Source: a bacterium (GTDB taxonomy: Bacteria > Zhuqueibacterota > Zhuqueibacteria > Oceanimicrobiales > Oceanimicrobiaceae). From it: DNA of 64,000 bases. Numbering within the stretch: position 1 is the first letter of the stretch; each line of letters opens with the position of its first letter. Under the pieces are notes generated by a model, which saw only the letters and a list, made by a program, of their open reading frames with translations, searched no databases and was not told where the DNA came from. The translations under genes were made by a program, and so were the position numbers. The DNA lies in assembly GCA_046757025.1 (NCBI GenBank), contig JBHHXN010000007.1:13842-77841 (forward strand). The letters run 5' to 3'. Of this stretch, positions 62,183 through 64,000 are shown piece by piece.

Positions 62183-62977
62183 ATGTATCCAGAAATCGCT
62201 TTCAATCGCCAGAAGTCCAACCGCTCACATGAACGCAACCTTAGTGGACTGTTAGCGGCGCTGGTCAGTTTGATTTTTATGAGCTGCGAACAGCAACCAA
62301 ACGCTCAAAATATCATCGATGCGGCCATCACAGCGCACGGCGGGCAGTACTATCAAAACTCCACCATTGAATTTGATTTTCGCAATAAGCACTTTTACAT
62401 CAAACAACAAAATGGCTTGTTCACCTACAAACGATCCTTTAGAGACAGCGTCGGGCTAATCCAAGATGTGCTAAACAACGACGGCTTTTACAGGGAAGTG
62501 GATGGCGCGCGTGTACTGCTTTCGGAGGCCGAAAAGCGCAAATTTTTTGAATCGGTCAATTCGGTGGTCTATTTTGCTCTGCTACCCTATGGCCTGAACG
62601 ATCCAGCGGTTCAGAAACGCTACCTCGGTCAAGCCACCCTCCAGAATAACAATTACTACAAAATCGAAGTCACTTTCCAAAAAGAGGGTGGGGGACCAGA
62701 CTACCAAGATGTGTTCGTTTACTGGATTCATGAAAAGCGCAAAACCCTGGATTATCTGGCTTATTATTACCATCGCAATGAGAGCGGTTCGCGCTTTCGG
62801 CAGGCTTTCAATCAGCGGCGGGTAAATGGCATTTTATTCGCCGATTATCACAACTTCAAAGGCCCGACAGGCGTCACAGCCATTGAGAATCACGACCAAC
62901 TATTTGAATCGGGACAGCTCACCAGGGTTTCGGAGATCGTGCTGGAAAATATTCAGGTGGAGCGGACACCGCAATAA
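62183..62977 (+). CDS. Lipoprotein, DUF6503-like
   Basis: Lipobox FMSC; AHGG, FDFR, SVNSVVYFALLPYGLND, GSRFR. Confidence 0.75.
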   Translation: MYPEIAFNRQKSNRSHERNLSGLLAALVSLIFMSCEQQPNAQNIIDAAITAHGGQYYQNSTIEFDFRNKHFYIKQQNGLFTYKRSFRDSVGLIQDVLNNDGFYREVDGARVLLSEAEKRKFFESVNSVVYFALLPYGLNDPAVQKRYLGQATLQNNNYYKIEVTFQKEGGGPDYQDVFVYWIHEKRKTLDYLAYYYHRNESGSRFRQAFNQRRVNGILFADYHNFKGPTGVTAIENHDQLFESGQLTRVSEIVLENIQVERTPQ

Positions 62978-62991
62978 ACCACCTATCCGTT

Positions 62992-63042
62992 CCGCTATGG
63001 AGCACAGAGGAATCGCGGTCGGGTGCAGCGCCTTGTTTATGC
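62992..63042 (-). other. Degenerate/truncated integron attC site
   Basis: Minus strand GCATAAACAAGGCGCTGCACCCGACCGCGATTCCTCTGTGCTCCATAGCGG just after the protease stop; R''/L'' half present, R' end missing. Confidence 0.6.
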
Positions 63043-63069
63043 GAAAATTGACCAATTCACTATAAATAG

Positions 63070-63828
63070 TCAGGTTAATATTTTACCATTCAAATCCAAT
63101 GTGTTTGCCAAACGAATCTTAAGCAAATCAAAGGGAATGCGACAGTATTCGAAAACAATTCCAACAAATTCAAATGTTCTGATTTGGGTTTGATCATATT
63201 TAAAAACGGGTGAACCACTAAGACCACCCAAATCATCAAGGGTGTTGATATCAATGCCGAAAGGGTTCCTGTCAGAGACCCAGTATTCTCGCTCAAATCG
63301 ACAAGTAATTTCGTCGCTATAGGCTCTGCTTACGGCTACTGGGCCGATACTCAACGAGGCGAATAAAAACTCTGTTGGAGCAACTCGTTTTCTAAAAACT
63401 CTGGGAAAGCCACCAGTTATGAATAGATCATTTTCAGTTATTTCCGACGGTGGCCATTCAAAAGGAGTTATGAATCTATCTCCTATATTTTTGTCGAGTG
63501 AAACCCGATCCAAATTGTATGGCTCAAGATCTAATGTCGCAATATCAACGTCGGAATTTCTATCAATCGTGGAGTTTGATGGATCGAGGTTGAGATTACC
63601 GATTTGAAGTTGTGCACTCTTACCTTCACCAATTATCTGGTCGTATTTTTGTAGAACGTGATCGCATGTAATGGCTATATGCTTCCCACGGAGTTCGATT
63701 CGTGTAGCCGTACCAGTATAAAGAACAGATTTTGACAGCTCCTTGCCTAAGGGGCCTCGAGCAATTTCTTTGGCTCTCTCGACTTCCCGACTATCAGCAC
63801 TCGGATCAGTATCTTTGGTGGTTCCCAT
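63070..63828 (-). CDS. Trypsin-like serine protease (integron gene cassette)
   Basis: ITCDHV (His), DIA (Asp), GGLSGSPV (Ser); AT-rich; flanked by attC-like sites. Confidence 0.7.
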   Translation of the reverse strand: MGTTKDTDPSADSREVERAKEIARGPLGKELSKSVLYTGTATRIELRGKHIAITCDHVLQKYDQIIGEGKSAQLQIGNLNLDPSNSTIDRNSDVDIATLDLEPYNLDRVSLDKNIGDRFITPFEWPPSEITENDLFITGGFPRVFRKRVAPTEFLFASLSIGPVAVSRAYSDEITCRFEREYWVSDRNPFGIDINTLDDLGGLSGSPVFKYDQTQIRTFEFVGIVFEYCRIPFDLLKIRLANTLDLNGKILT

Positions 63829-63869
63829 TAATCAGTTGTCCATTCCTCGACTCATTTTGAATACTCTTA

Positions 63870-63946
63870 GAATAACGCACGTTTAACCGGCGAAACCGCG
63901 CATTGTAACTTTGAATCTCCTAAAAACCAGCGCGGTTTCGTCTGTG
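63870..63946 (-). other. Integron attC site (3' part), interrupted by a group II intron
   Basis: Minus strand ...CAGACGAAACCGCGC-loop-GCGCGGTTTCGCCGGTTAAACGTGC-GTTATTC ending in a GTT core just upstream of the cassette gene. Confidence 0.65.
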
Positions 63947-64000
63947 TTCCGGGTAAAGCCGGCCGGTTACCCGGTCAGCCTCCCCACAGATCCGTACGTG
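63947..64000 (-). mobile_element. Group II intron, 3' end (end of domain V and domain VI); the rest lies beyond the window
   Basis: Minus strand CACGTACGGATCTGT-GGG-GAGGCTGACCGG-GTAA-CCGGCCGGCTTT-A-CCC-GGAA: D5 3' strand, D6 hairpin with GNRA loop and bulged branch A at 63954. Confidence 0.85.

Noticed and set aside
63829..63855. In-frame upstream ATG...TGA before the protease as selenocysteine or readthrough
   Set aside because: It would add only ~9 residues with no SECIS-like hairpin or redox motif; more likely a chance mini-ORF or start-site decay.

Overview
64-kb chromosomal segment from a diderm bacterium, probably of the FCB superphylum (KSB1/Calditrichota-like; this is inferred from the LptD, group II GGGP synthase, BatA and DUF2911/DUF6503-type proteins). 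From 1 to about 53 kb almost every gene is on the minus strand. This part holds: a partial phoH; a coiled-coil lipoprotein plus LysM pair; aspS; a 7-gene Agl-Glt-like cluster (two TPR proteins, GltF-like, TolQ/ExbB, two ExbD, TonB/GltG-like); a complete F1Fo ATP synthase operon preceded by an M23 peptidase and a bactofilin and interrupted by a nested MITE; parAB, lptD, rarA, a decayed vapBC, hflX and a BatA/vWA protein; and a long run tRNA-Glu, tRNA-Arg, tadA, 2x tRNA-Ser, tRNA-Ala, large Alu-type SRP RNA, dnaX, ybaB, recR, pgsA, pgpA, cinA, thpR, recA, recX, alaS, GGGPS. From 53.7 to 63 kb are plus-strand accessory genes (orphan secreted protein, DUF2911, PIG-L deacetylase / small membrane protein / Na+:solute symporter). 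The window ends in an integron-like cassette (trypsin-like protease between attC sites) whose upstream attC is interrupted by the 3' end of a group II intron. Most notable: the Agl-Glt-like motor with an Asp/Asn-asymmetric ExbD pair and a lectin-like domain, the group II intron in attC, the tadA stop codon lying inside a tRNA, and the nested MITE. All calls are by eye; no database searches were run.
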